NCBI GenBank assembly: GCA_963692865.2
Contig: OY843592.1
Location: 1,344,001-1,408,000, forward strand
Direction: 5' to 3'
Source: a bacterium
GTDB taxonomy: Bacteria; UBA8248
Length of the DNA stretch: 64,000 nucleotides
The notes under the pieces were generated by a model. That model was given only the letters and a program-made list of their open reading frames with translations. It was not told the origin of the DNA and did not search any database. Shown here one piece after another: positions 30,287 to 40,593 of this stretch. The translations under genes and the position numbers were made by a program. Numbering within the stretch: the first letter of the stretch is position 1; each line of letters opens with the position of its first letter.

Positions 30287-31258
30287 ATGAGGATATCCAA
30301 ACTTCGGCTCATCACGTTGGCGGCAGGTCTTGCCTTGCTAATCGGCACGGCCCCGGCGGCGCACGCTGCCAAAATACTGCTGGGAACGTCCCAGCCCGGC
30401 GGCGCCACATTCGAGATTGGAACCGCAATGGGTAAAGTCATCACAGATAACTCGGGCGGAAAGATTGCGGTGGCTGCATCCATTACCGGCGGCTCGACCG
30501 CAAATGTCCGAACCCTGCAGAAAAAGGACAAGAACCAGGCGCTCCGCATCGGCATGGCCACGGCGCCGGCCGTCTCCTGGGGGCAAGTTGGCAGAAAACC
30601 ATTCAAGAAACCTCAAGACGTTCTGGCGCTCGGAGCCCTTTATCCGTTGACGACAATCTACACGACCTTTAAAACCTCCGGAATTAAAAAATGGTCCGAT
30701 CTCACCGGCAGAAGATTCGTCGTCGGCGGTCGGGGCGGTTCGATTTACATCGTTACGCAGCTTGCGCTCAAACACAGCGGAGTAAAAGCGAAAAAAGAAT
30801 TCTTCAACAATCCCCAGAATGCAGCCGCCATCAGAGACGAAAGGGTGGACGCGGGCTTCTTCTTCCTGAACGCGAATGTTCCCGCACCCGTGTATATGGA
30901 ACTCGCGCGTACGCTCTCCGGCAAACTGCATTTCTTCGGGCCGGATGAGGCCACCATCAAAAAGCTGGCCGAGAACGAAGCGGGCATCGTCCGCGATGTC
31001 GTGGCCGCAGGCTCCATTCCAGGTTACAAAAAAGACGTCGTAAGCTGGGGCCAGATGTGGACTTTGATGACCAACAGCAAAATGAGCAATGCCAATGCAT
31101 ATGGGATCGTGAAGGCCCTGTACGATAACCACAAGCAAATCACCAAGTACCATCCGACCGGGAAATTCGTCACGAAAAAGACTGGTCTTCGCGGAATGAA
31201 GAAACTTAAGATTCACCCCGGTGCGGCTCGCTACTGGAAAGAGTCGGGCATGATGTAA
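30287..31258 (+). CDS. TAXI-family TRAP solute receptor
   Basis: Signal peptide, GTSQPGG, TGGSTANV, IHPGAARYWKE; AAGGAG RBS. Confidence 0.9.
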   Translation: MRISKLRLITLAAGLALLIGTAPAAHAAKILLGTSQPGGATFEIGTAMGKVITDNSGGKIAVAASITGGSTANVRTLQKKDKNQALRIGMATAPAVSWGQVGRKPFKKPQDVLALGALYPLTTIYTTFKTSGIKKWSDLTGRRFVVGGRGGSIYIVTQLALKHSGVKAKKEFFNNPQNAAAIRDERVDAGFFFLNANVPAPVYMELARTLSGKLHFFGPDEATIKKLAENEAGIVRDVVAAGSIPGYKKDVVSWGQMWTLMTNSKMSNANAYGIVKALYDNHKQITKYHPTGKFVTKKTGLRGMKKLKIHPGAARYWKESGMM

Positions 31259-31274
31259 GCAACAACAAGTCCTC

Positions 31275-31305
31275 AAAAGCCCCCTGCTTCGGCGGGGGGT
31301 TTTTT
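31275..31305 (+). terminator. Rho-independent terminator
   Basis: AAAAGCCCCCTGC-TTCG-GCGGGGGG-TTTTTT after the TAXI gene. Confidence 0.85.
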
Positions 31306-31393
31306 GTTGTCTCATCGTGCTCACCACGGAAAATGGATGTTATGATGGCTGAATCTTACATACTGACAGACAATTCATTCCGGGGAGAAGAAA

Positions 31394-32002
31394 ATGAACA
31401 AATCCGGTTTTGAAATCTTTCGTCTCGTAAAGCCTGATGAGGCCGATAGCGAAGTTTCGCAAATTTATGACGAAATATGCCGATTAAAAGACCCACGCTG
31501 GCTGGGGCCGTTGTTCGGTTTTTTCGCCCATGTCCCGGGTCTCTTGCGTGGATTCTGGGAACTCCAAAAACGTCTCGAAGTTCTGGACGGCCACATTTCA
31601 CGCGAGTTGACGAATCGCATCGCCATGGTTTGCGCGGTCGCTTCAGACTGCCCTCGTTGCGTGAATTTTCACAAAACCGACCTCATCCACCGCATGGAAC
31701 TCGACGAGTATGAAGTGGAAAAACTCCACGACTTTGAGAATGCAGATCTACCTGAGGCGGAAAAGGCGGTATTCCGCGTCGCCAGAAAGCTCACGCTCAA
31801 CGAGCAACTTGCTGACGAAGAGTTCCAGGCGTTGCGCGAGCATGGTTTTAACGAACCGGCAATCGTGGAGATCGTTTCGGTTGCCTTACTGGAAAGTGGT
31901 TTCGCTCGTCATGCGAGCGTCTTCGCGCGATTTGAAGACGGGATGAACTGGCCGGCACAACATACCCCATCCGCCGAATACCGAAGCGTGATCGACCGGT
32001 GA
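31394..32002 (+). CDS. AhpD/CMD-like peroxidase-related protein
   Basis: SQIYDEI, CPRCVNFH (CxxCxxxH), LREHGF, IVEIVS. Confidence 0.8.
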   Translation: MNKSGFEIFRLVKPDEADSEVSQIYDEICRLKDPRWLGPLFGFFAHVPGLLRGFWELQKRLEVLDGHISRELTNRIAMVCAVASDCPRCVNFHKTDLIHRMELDEYEVEKLHDFENADLPEAEKAVFRVARKLTLNEQLADEEFQALREHGFNEPAIVEIVSVALLESGFARHASVFARFEDGMNWPAQHTPSAEYRSVIDR

Positions 32003-32005
32003 AGG

Positions 32006-32308
32006 TTAGGGAGCAATTATTCGCGATTTGAAAAAAAGTGTTTGTTTTTCAGCAAGGTGTTGTGAGGAAAGACTCATTCGTAATTGGATTTTTTCGTTGG
32101 ATTTGCTCGCCTGAAAATACTTTTTCAACGACATAGGCAATTCGGGTGATGTCTTTGCCGAAACGTCGTATTGAGGCGTCTCGGCAGGGTAGTTATAAAG
32201 ACTGACCAAACACCCATCGGTTTTACCGTGAGCTCCCGCAAGGGCTATACCGGACATACTCACAAGAAAAAAGAAAACGGTAAGTGCCACTACTTCCAGA
32301 CAGCGCAT
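32006..32308 (-). CDS. Small secreted hypothetical protein
   Basis: Signal-peptide-like N-terminus (ALA motif); no recognisable domain. Confidence 0.35.
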   Translation of the reverse strand: MRCLEVVALTVFFFLVSMSGIALAGAHGKTDGCLVSLYNYPAETPQYDVSAKTSPELPMSLKKYFQASKSNEKIQLRMSLSSQHLAEKQTLFFKSRIIAP

Positions 32309-32547
32309 GAAGAAACCCCATGAAAAAACCTGTCAAATTACATGTTTGATGATAATACCACATTAAAAGGGGATGATGAGTCCATTTTATCCCTAAAAAA
32401 TACTGCATTGAAAAACAATCCCATCCCCGATAAGGTTTAGGTAAGTATTCAAAAACTGCAACTTTACAAACAAGGCACGTGGTGGTACGCATTCGTTCAC
32501 TATAAATGTGGACAGTTATTCAAACCTTATTTTGGAAATAATATTTC

Positions 32548-34506
32548 GTGTCGGAATTTGCAAACTTGTTGAAAATGGAGAAAATCGACAAATCCTTTCC
32601 AGGCGTTCATGCGCTCAAAGAAGTCGATTTCAATCTCGCCGAAGGCGAAGTTCACATCCTGTTAGGAGAGAACGGGGCTGGAAAATCCACGCTCATCAAA
32701 ATTCTGGCGGGCATCTATCACGCCGACTCAGGTCAAATCGAAATCAGCGAAACTCCCACCGATATTCCCGACGCCAGAACGGGCCGCGATTTGGGAATCA
32801 GCGTCATTTACCAGGAACTGAACCTGGTTCCCGATCTGAGCGTGGCCAAAAACATCTTCCTGGGTCGTGAGCCGGTCTTGCCCGGCGTAATGAGACGCGT
32901 GGATTGGGCCAAAGTCGAAAAAGAATCCCGCGCAATCATGGAGCGTCTGGACGTGAGAATCGACGTCAATGCGCCGGTCCGCTCTTTAAGCGTCGCCGAT
33001 CAGCAAATGGTGGAGATTGCTCGCGCCCTCGCATTTGACTGCAAGATTTTGGTGATGGATGAACCTACGTCCTCTTTGAGCGGCCACGAAATCGAGGAAC
33101 TCTTCAAGGCCGTGAATCGACTGCGAGAGCATGGCGTCGGCGTTATTTACATTTCACATCGACTTGAAGAAGTCCACGAGATTGGAGATCGCGTCACCGT
33201 TTTACGCGATGGGGAATACATGGGCACTTGGGAAGTCAAGGAGGTGGAACTCGATTTCCTGATCACGCAGATGGTGGGGCGCACGCTTGATGAGAAGTTC
33301 CCCTGGGCGCCCCGCGAGCGAGGGGAAGTGGCGCTACGGGTACGTGGACTCACCCGAAACGGCGTATTCGAAGACATCAACTTTGATCTGCATTATGGTG
33401 AAATTGTAGGCCTCTCAGGTCTCGTAGGTGCTGGAAGAACCGAGGTGGCGCGCGCCGTCATGGGAGCAGATGCCGTTGATAACGGAACTGTCGAAATAAC
33501 CAATGCGACTAAAGAAAAAGAGGAGATACAAAATCTCCCTCACTATCCGCTTTGGATGGCGCTCGTCGATGTGGTTGTTTTCATACTGGCTTTGCCGTTG
33601 TTCACCGTGATCTTCCAGGGAATTTACGATCCTTTCACGCTCAATATGAACTCACCGCCCCCACTGTTCAGCGCTAATTGGTTTTACGAATGGATTCTTG
33701 GGGGACCGTTATACAACATACCAAACGGCCCCACTCCCTACATCGTCGCGACCGGGTTGGCAGTCATAAGACAATTGGGACTTTGGTTTCTCGAGCGGCA
33801 ATATCATTGGCGCACCTTGGTTATCGACTTTGCGAGTTGGTACGCCCTAGCGGTATGCGCGATGGTCTTTACGAGTCTTTTCACTCAGAATTTCGTTCTT
33901 GAATGGGTCATGATCTGGGGCGGCGTCGCCATGATTGTGATTCGATTCCTGACAATCCTTACCCATGAGCGCAAATGGACTCCAACCCTGGCTATACGAC
34001 GCGGGCTGGGGCTTTTACCCGAGGACAGAAAAACCCAGGGCCTCACCCAAGTTCTATCAGTTGCATTTAATACAACAAGCGCAAATCTCCGCCGCCTCAT
34101 CAAACGGTGGCTGCTCAATCTGAGTCTGGAAAAAGACTTCGTCGATGAGCACATCAATCAATTGAAAATCATGACGCCGGATCAGGAGACGCAAATACGC
34201 TTCTTATCAGGCGGCAATCAGCAAAAAGTCGTTCTCGCCAAATGGCTCTTCAGACGCGCCAACGTGCTCATATTCGATGAGCCGACTCGCGGGATCGACA
34301 TAGGCGCAAAATTCGAAGTTCACTCGCAAATGCTACAACTTGCAAAAGATGGCGCTGCGGTAATGATGATCTCGAGTGAACTGCCTGAGATACTGGGGAT
34401 GAGTGATCGTATCCTGGTAATGCGCGAAGGGCGACTCACTGCAGATATCGACCGAAACGATGCAACGCAGGAAGGAATACTACGCTACGCCATGACGGCG
34501 GATTAA
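32548..34506 (+). CDS. Sugar ABC transporter double-NBD ATPase (RbsA/MglA-like) with internal membrane insertion
   Basis: GENGAGKST, IYQEL, DEPT, ISHRL, GLVGAGRTE, PEDRK, LSGGNQQK, DEPTRGID, ISSEL; ~155 hydrophobic aa inserted in NBD2. Confidence 0.9.
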   Translation: MSEFANLLKMEKIDKSFPGVHALKEVDFNLAEGEVHILLGENGAGKSTLIKILAGIYHADSGQIEISETPTDIPDARTGRDLGISVIYQELNLVPDLSVAKNIFLGREPVLPGVMRRVDWAKVEKESRAIMERLDVRIDVNAPVRSLSVADQQMVEIARALAFDCKILVMDEPTSSLSGHEIEELFKAVNRLREHGVGVIYISHRLEEVHEIGDRVTVLRDGEYMGTWEVKEVELDFLITQMVGRTLDEKFPWAPRERGEVALRVRGLTRNGVFEDINFDLHYGEIVGLSGLVGAGRTEVARAVMGADAVDNGTVEITNATKEKEEIQNLPHYPLWMALVDVVVFILALPLFTVIFQGIYDPFTLNMNSPPPLFSANWFYEWILGGPLYNIPNGPTPYIVATGLAVIRQLGLWFLERQYHWRTLVIDFASWYALAVCAMVFTSLFTQNFVLEWVMIWGGVAMIVIRFLTILTHERKWTPTLAIRRGLGLLPEDRKTQGLTQVLSVAFNTTSANLRRLIKRWLLNLSLEKDFVDEHINQLKIMTPDQETQIRFLSGGNQQKVVLAKWLFRRANVLIFDEPTRGIDIGAKFEVHSQMLQLAKDGAAVMMISSELPEILGMSDRILVMREGRLTADIDRNDATQEGILRYAMTAD

Positions 34507-34528
34507 TCCGTATTCGGAGGTAAATTGA

Positions 34529-35542
34529 ATGAGCGCCGCCGCCTCTACAGGAAATGAGAAGCTCTTCTTGGGATATTCGGTCAAGGATATCCCCTGGGAG
34601 CGTATACTCCTCATTTCCGCGTTTGTCGTCTTGATGATCTTCTACACTTTTGCGACCGAAAATTTCCTCACCCTCGAAAACTTCGTGAATGTCGTGCGGC
34701 GTGACGCATGGCTCTTTTTCCTGGCCTATGCGCAAACATTGGTCATCGTTTCGGCGGGATTCGATCTTTCACAAGGCTCCATCATGAGCGTGGTAAGTGT
34801 CATGGCCTGGAGCGCGATGCTGCATTTCGGGTTTTTCGTCGGCCTCATTGCGGGCCTCGGTATCGGTCTGCTGTGCGGTGTCATCAATGGGTTTTTCGTC
34901 GGCGTAGTCAGGGTGCAGCCGTTCATCGCCACATTGGGGATGCTCTTTATCGGCAGCGGCACTGCCCAGCTTTGGACCGGCGGACTTCAGATGGGAGGCG
35001 CACGCGAGGGCGCAACGCTGCCCAAACACGTTGAAGAAGCATACGTTTTTCTGGCGAAGGGAAACCTAGGGCCCATCCCCTTCACTTTCATCTGGATAAT
35101 CATCGCGTTGGCCACGATGTGGTATCTGCTCAAATACACCCGTTTTGGCACGTATGTGTACGCCTTGGGTGGAAACGAACAAACGGCCATTTCCGCGGGC
35201 ATTAACTTTCCAGGCATGAAGATCGCCATTTTCGGCATAGGCGGTCTTCTATGCGGTTTCGCAGGGCTTCTTCTTTCAGCGAACGTCAGCGCTGCGGGCG
35301 AACCCAGGCTGGGCGGCGGCGATCAACTGCTCCAGTCGATCGGAGCAACCATCATCGGCGGCACGCATATTTTCGGCGGGCGAGGCGGCGTGCTGGGTAC
35401 GACGCTGGGTGTTTTCCTGATCATATTCCTGGTGAACGGGCTGAACATCATGGGAATCGACACTTACCGGCAACAAATCATCGTCGGCTTGGTGATTCTC
35501 GCCTCCATCTGGGTCAGCACCCTGCGTGAGCAAAAAAACTAA
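34529..35542 (+). CDS. Sugar ABC permease (RbsC-like)
   Basis: GFDLSQGS, PFIATLG, TRFG, YALGGNE, IIGGT. Confidence 0.9.
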   Translation: MSAAASTGNEKLFLGYSVKDIPWERILLISAFVVLMIFYTFATENFLTLENFVNVVRRDAWLFFLAYAQTLVIVSAGFDLSQGSIMSVVSVMAWSAMLHFGFFVGLIAGLGIGLLCGVINGFFVGVVRVQPFIATLGMLFIGSGTAQLWTGGLQMGGAREGATLPKHVEEAYVFLAKGNLGPIPFTFIWIIIALATMWYLLKYTRFGTYVYALGGNEQTAISAGINFPGMKIAIFGIGGLLCGFAGLLLSANVSAAGEPRLGGGDQLLQSIGATIIGGTHIFGGRGGVLGTTLGVFLIIFLVNGLNIMGIDTYRQQIIVGLVILASIWVSTLREQKN

Positions 35543-35557
35543 GGGAGATTCAATATC

Positions 35558-36553
35558 ATGGCGAATGTAGCGGAGGCTCCTGTCAGACCTTCTGCCTCCT
35601 TCTTGGCCAACTTCAATTACGAGAAATATGGTTTACTCGTCGTATTCATCATGATGATGATCATATTTTATATTCTCCAGTTGATGGGCTACGTGAACAA
35701 CTTCATCGAAGCCCATAATCTGACCAACCAACTCAGAAACGCATCTCTCCTGTTCTTCATCGTCGCCGGACAGAGCATGGTGCTCCTCGTTTCGGGCATC
35801 GATCTGAGCCAAGGTTCCTTGCTCAGCCTCTCGAGCGTCGTGATGGCGCAGGGCATACTGGACTTCGGCCTTGCCGTGGGCGTGTTGATGGGCATCGGAA
35901 TGGCGACGATTTTCGGTTTCATCAACGGCTACCTCGTGGGCCGCGTGAAGATACAGCCTTTCATCGTCACCCTGAGCATGCTCTTCATCTGCGCAGGCAT
36001 CGCCCTGGTATTCACGGGCGGACGCACTATCCACCAGTTCACGGGCGAGCAAAAAGATATCCTTCAAGCCATCGGCCTTACGGATCTCTTTCATATCCCC
36101 GGCACATTGTTCATCGCCATTTTCTTTTTCATCATTCTCCACCTGATGACGAAACGCACGGTGCTCGGCCGGGCAATCTATCTAACCGGCGGGAACGAAG
36201 AGGCCGCGCGCCTCTCAGGCATAGACACAGGCAAGGTGAAACTCATTTGCTATTTGATCAGCGGCATCTGCGTGGGCATCACTTCGTTCCTTTACCTGGC
36301 GAGACTCCCGGCCACGAACGGCCTCGCGGGATTCCAGCTTGAATTCCAATCTTTGGCGGCCACTGTGGTGGGAGGAACGACGTTTCACGGTGGCGAGGGC
36401 GGTGTAGCGCAAGCTGCGATCGGGACGCTGTTTCTGACTTTTCTGCTCAATGGCCTTATTCTCTTGGGCGTGGGAACATTCGCCCGGGAGGTGGTGGTGG
36501 GCTTGTTGCTCATTGCAGCAGTGGTTTTGAGTTCCCGCAAGCGGCGGGAATAG
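35558..36553 (+). CDS. Sugar ABC permease (RbsC-like)
   Basis: GIDLSQGS, PFIVTL, GGNEEAARLSGI, VVGGT. Confidence 0.9.
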   Translation: MANVAEAPVRPSASFLANFNYEKYGLLVVFIMMMIIFYILQLMGYVNNFIEAHNLTNQLRNASLLFFIVAGQSMVLLVSGIDLSQGSLLSLSSVVMAQGILDFGLAVGVLMGIGMATIFGFINGYLVGRVKIQPFIVTLSMLFICAGIALVFTGGRTIHQFTGEQKDILQAIGLTDLFHIPGTLFIAIFFFIILHLMTKRTVLGRAIYLTGGNEEAARLSGIDTGKVKLICYLISGICVGITSFLYLARLPATNGLAGFQLEFQSLAATVVGGTTFHGGEGGVAQAAIGTLFLTFLLNGLILLGVGTFAREVVVGLLLIAAVVLSSRKRRE

Positions 36554-36641
36554 GAAATATGCTCTTTCGGCAGTCATTTTCCCCTTTCGCGGAGGAGAGC
36601 CCTTCGTCCGTGAAACCCATTCTGCGACGAGGAGATTCAAG

Positions 36642-37700
36642 ATGAAAAAACTGTTCCGCACTTTCATGATTCTCGCTTCCGTCGTCACGTTCATGTTCGT
36701 GTCGATGGCAGCGACCCCGGACGCCGACGCCCGGGTGAAGGCGAAGAAGAAATACAAGATCGCCGTCGTCGTGCCGAACGGCGTCGATCCCTATTTCTTC
36801 TCGAAATGGTACGGCAGCGTTCAGGCGGCCAAAAAAGCCGGCGTGACGGTGACCATGTTCGACGCGGGCGGCTATGAATTCCTGCCCAAGCAGGTGGCCC
36901 ACGTGGAGGACATCATCGCGGCGAAGTACGACGGGATGATCATCTGCCCCATCAGCACCAAGGGCATGGTGGATGCGGTTCACAAAGCGATGGACAAAGG
37001 CGTCAAGGTCGTCGTGGACAACATCGACCTCGACAGCGATCGCGTCAAAAACCGCGTCATGAAAAACAGCTACGAGCTGGGCGTTCTCATCGCCTCCACC
37101 CTGGCGCACGCCATCGACTACCAGGGCAAAGTCATGATGTTGCCCGGACCCAGCGGCATCGAGATGGTGACTTCCATGGCCAAGGGTTTTGAGGAATATA
37201 TGAGCCACTACCCGAAAATCAAGATTGTGGCCAAGGAATTCACCAAGTCCAACGTGCAGCACGCATTCCAGACGGCGGAAGACCTGCTCAAGAAACACCC
37301 CGACGTCAAAGGCATCTACCCCTGGGCGACGCTCATCGCCCGCGGCACGGTGGACGCCGTGAAAGCCGCCGGTTACAAGCCCGGTCAGATCAAGATCGTG
37401 ACGCACAACCTCGTCGTCGGCATCGAGAAAGACATCCGTGACGGCTGGGCGCATGCGGCCGTTTTGGCCGAGCAAATCGCCATGGCGAGTGAAGCAGTTT
37501 ACAACGTGATCGATCTCATCGAGGGACGCCAGCCTCCCGGCACGCCCTACCGTGGCGGCACGCTCAGCTACATCCAGAATTACATGGCCTATCAGCACAA
37601 TCTCGACATTCTGGATCGCAGCGGCATCGAAGCGCCCAAGAATTGGATGATCAAGCGCCAAAAACGCGCGGCGAACATCGTGGGCGGCAAACGCCGCTAA
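36642..37700 (+). CDS. Sugar ABC substrate-binding protein (RbsB-like)
   Basis: Signal peptide, KIAVVVP, DPYF, LLKKHPDVKGIY. Confidence 0.88.
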   Translation: MKKLFRTFMILASVVTFMFVSMAATPDADARVKAKKKYKIAVVVPNGVDPYFFSKWYGSVQAAKKAGVTVTMFDAGGYEFLPKQVAHVEDIIAAKYDGMIICPISTKGMVDAVHKAMDKGVKVVVDNIDLDSDRVKNRVMKNSYELGVLIASTLAHAIDYQGKVMMLPGPSGIEMVTSMAKGFEEYMSHYPKIKIVAKEFTKSNVQHAFQTAEDLLKKHPDVKGIYPWATLIARGTVDAVKAAGYKPGQIKIVTHNLVVGIEKDIRDGWAHAAVLAEQIAMASEAVYNVIDLIEGRQPPGTPYRGGTLSYIQNYMAYQHNLDILDRSGIEAPKNWMIKRQKRAANIVGGKRR

Positions 37701-37720
37701 GTTTCATCCCCACTGAAAGA

Positions 37721-37752
37721 AAAAGCCCCGCCGATTACCCGGCGGGGCTTTT
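37721..37752. terminator. Bidirectional intrinsic terminator
   Basis: AAAAGCCCCGCCG-ATTACC-CGGCGGGGCTTTT between convergent genes. Confidence 0.85.
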
Positions 37753-37768
37753 GCATAAGCCGCCTCGC

Positions 37769-38851
37769 CTACAACCCCTTCACGTATATGCTGAGTCCCA
37801 TCCGCCCCGTCGAGCCGCCGGGCTTGGGATCGGAAATCTTATCCGTCTGGACTTCTACTGCGCCATCCATCGCTCGTACCGTCACGGGATAGAACCCGTT
37901 TCCCCAAAAGCGCATGGGAAACGCCCAGACGCTCCAGGCGAGAGGCCCCAGGGGCTTTTTGAGCAAGGCCGGCGCCCAGGGCCGCAATCGCTCTCCCTGC
38001 CCGTAGGTTACTTCCACCTTGCGGATTCCCCGCTCTCCCGCAAACGCCGAACCCACGAGCCAGATATTCGCCGTTCGAACCTCGACGCGCCTTCTGGGAG
38101 CCTCGAAACGGCTGAGCGTCTCGACAATCGCCTCATCCGACCAGCCGCGCCTTTGCCAATAGCCGCCGTGCCCCTTGGTAGAGATTTCGACCGATTCGAT
38201 CCACTTCACGTTCTTGAGGCCGTAGGTCCCCGGCACGAGGAGCCTGAGCGGAGCGCCATGGTCTCGCGGCAGATTTTCCCCGTTCATCCGGACGCAGAGA
38301 AGCGTTCTCGAATCCAGGGCCTGCTCCAGTGATATGGAATCATGATATCCATCCGCCGCGCGGAAAATGACCCTCGCGGATACCGAGCGGCGCACGCCTT
38401 CCGCTACGCCCGCGCGCTCGATGAGGCTTTTGAGCGGCACTCCCTCCCACAAGGCGTTTCCTATCTGGCCGCCGCCCACCGGGTTGCCGATGCAGGTCAT
38501 CGTCGCCCAGGTCTTCTCCTGCCCGAGCGCGCTCAACTCCGCAAAAGTAACGGAAAATGGCTGATTTACCTCACCTTTGATGTTTAACCGCCATTTGTTG
38601 CGGGAGATTCCCGGCGATGAATGGCCGATGCTCTGCACGTAGAACTCATCGTTCGCCGTAACCTCGGGAACGACGCGCGCGGCGAACTCGAGAATATCCT
38701 CCCCGGCTCCGGGCGTCTCGACGGGGCGGCTGTTGAGCCAGTCGAACAGGCGGCCCATCATGGAAGCCCCCGCGTCGCGCGGAATCCCGATCACGGCCAG
38801 GGGCGCGATTCCCGCCGCGGTGCGCAACAGACGGCGTCTGGAAACGTTCAT
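37769..38851 (-). CDS. Tat-exported sulfite-oxidase-family molybdoenzyme
   Basis: SRRRLL Tat motif, TMTCIGN, GNALWEGV, MNGENLPRDHGAPLRLLVPG, KNVKW, GYWQRRGW. Confidence 0.9.
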   Translation of the reverse strand: MNVSRRRLLRTAAGIAPLAVIGIPRDAGASMMGRLFDWLNSRPVETPGAGEDILEFAARVVPEVTANDEFYVQSIGHSSPGISRNKWRLNIKGEVNQPFSVTFAELSALGQEKTWATMTCIGNPVGGGQIGNALWEGVPLKSLIERAGVAEGVRRSVSARVIFRAADGYHDSISLEQALDSRTLLCVRMNGENLPRDHGAPLRLLVPGTYGLKNVKWIESVEISTKGHGGYWQRRGWSDEAIVETLSRFEAPRRRVEVRTANIWLVGSAFAGERGIRKVEVTYGQGERLRPWAPALLKKPLGPLAWSVWAFPMRFWGNGFYPVTVRAMDGAVEVQTDKISDPKPGGSTGRMGLSIYVKGL

Positions 38852-38880
38852 GGCGCTCCTCAAGGACGAAAACGCCCTGA

Positions 38881-39296
38881 ATTCTACGATAAAACCGCCG
38901 ATTCACGAAATTTCCGCCCGCCTCTCCCGCAACTTCCCGCAAATCCCCGCATTTGCCGTCATCGCGTGAGGCGCGTATCGTGGCAGAATTCCCCTGCGCC
39001 CGGATTCCCCGGCGTCATTTCCCCAGGAAAAAATTGTCGGAAATCTACCGAAAACCCCCCTGAATTTATACAATTTTATCCAATTTTTCAGGAATTATTA
39101 TTTGCATTTTACACTTTCCGCGCCTCGCCCGAGCGGCGGCCCGGTTCCCGCCCTCCGCGCCGCCTTCGCCGCCGGAAAAAACGAAGGCCGGCGGGCGGCC
39201 TCTCCAGCGTACCCCGTCGACGCGAAAACCCGGCGGCGGCAATTGCGGGGAAATGCGTGCAGATCGTTATCGCCGAAGGAAAGTCGATCCTGACCC
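38881..39296 (-). repeat. Right arm of ~400 bp inverted repeat
   Basis: Reverse complement of 24981-25395. Confidence 0.9.
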
Positions 39297-39353
39297 GCGA
39301 GGGGGGAATGGTTCTCTTTCTTCTCGTTGGTTGTGTCGAACCCTCCTTCCCCG

Positions 39354-39604
39354 GGGTTGTTGAAAAACCCTGTTCCAGGGTTGGGCGGACACACAGGTCC
39401 GCCCCTACGTTTCGTTTCGCAGAGGTTGGTAGGTCAGACATGTATGTCTGACATATCATGCGACCCGTATTATGAAGGCGTAAAGGCAGGGCCGCATGAT
39501 ATGCGGCCCCTACGGTGAGATCCCGATCGGCCCGCAAGGACTTTTTCAACAGTCCCTCCCCGGTCGGGTTCGGCCTCGTTCATGGGGACTGATTCAACAA
39601 CCCC
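39354..39604. repeat. MITE-like container with GTAG-type REP hairpins
   Basis: GGGGTTGTTGAAAAACC ... CTTTTTCAACAGTCC; internal GTAGGTCAGACATGTATGTCTGAC and GGGCCGCATGATATGCGGCCCCTAC shared with 13328-13412. Confidence 0.65.
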
Positions 39605-39658
39605 TTATGCGGTCCCGGCATTCCTCATCGCGCTGCATGAAGCGTTCGTGAATTCCCC

Positions 39659-40324
39659 CTAATCCGGGTTCTCGCCGACCCGGGGGTAGGCGACCTTGCC
39701 CCAGTTGGTCTTGGGGCTTTCATCCATAACGTCATCCATGACGTCTAGAATCGCCGGAACGATGTCCTCCATGATGAAGCGGCCTTGTGAAAGCTGCGTC
39801 CGGCCCCATCCTTCGGCGAACGTCACGCCCCCGTGGAAGACCTGGTTGCGGAGTTGATAAAGCCGCCAGAAGACTTCCCGAAAGACGCTTGATACTTTTT
39901 CGTTCTCAAAGTCTTCCCATGCGCTGTCGTTTTTTTGTTTGAATCGCTTGCTCCAGGCCATGCCCTCCGGCTCGCCGCGCACCCATTGCCAGAATGGTTT
40001 GAACGCATATCGATTGTCGAGAAGGTCCTGGATATGCTTGTTGTAAGCTGGACTCCAAAGAATGGCTCTTATCTTCCCCTTCTGCTTGTTGTCGTGATAT
40101 ATGACCTTATTCAGGAACGTATTGATTCTCTGGGTTTCGCTGGATCCGTCGCCATCCGCGCCGGTCGGATCGCCTCCGTAGGCCGCGTTGAAGGCGATCC
40201 ACAGGCAGATGAATTTCTCCTCGTCCGAGGCGACGTTTCCGCTCCGCTCCTGCCAACTGCGCGCTCTGCGCATGCGGTGTTCGTTATGCTCGCCTTGAGG
40301 TATCTCGTCGCTGGTTCGGGTCAT
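39659..40324 (-). CDS. HEPN domain protein (putative RNase)
   Basis: FICLWIAFNAAYG and LRNQVFHG (Rx4H) motifs; AT-richer than flanks. Confidence 0.8.
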   Translation of the reverse strand: MTRTSDEIPQGEHNEHRMRRARSWQERSGNVASDEEKFICLWIAFNAAYGGDPTGADGDGSSETQRINTFLNKVIYHDNKQKGKIRAILWSPAYNKHIQDLLDNRYAFKPFWQWVRGEPEGMAWSKRFKQKNDSAWEDFENEKVSSVFREVFWRLYQLRNQVFHGGVTFAEGWGRTQLSQGRFIMEDIVPAILDVMDDVMDESPKTNWGKVAYPRVGENPD

Positions 40325-40593
40325 CGCTGCGGTTCCTTTTTATTGTTTGATGAATGCGGATCACGAAAAGCGGTTTCCCCGATTGTTCCGGCGACGGTTT
40401 CAACAGCCCCTGTAGGGGACGCATATATGCGTCCCTGCTTTTTCGTCGTGGGAACACGGGTCGCATGTATGTGTGGGGCGCTCCCGAGGAGCAGGTTCCG
40501 ACCGAGGAGGGAGCAGGTTCCGACCGAGGAGGGAGGAACCGCCGCCTACGGAACCATCACGGCGCGGGCCGGGCCTTTCGGCCTCCCCCCCGC

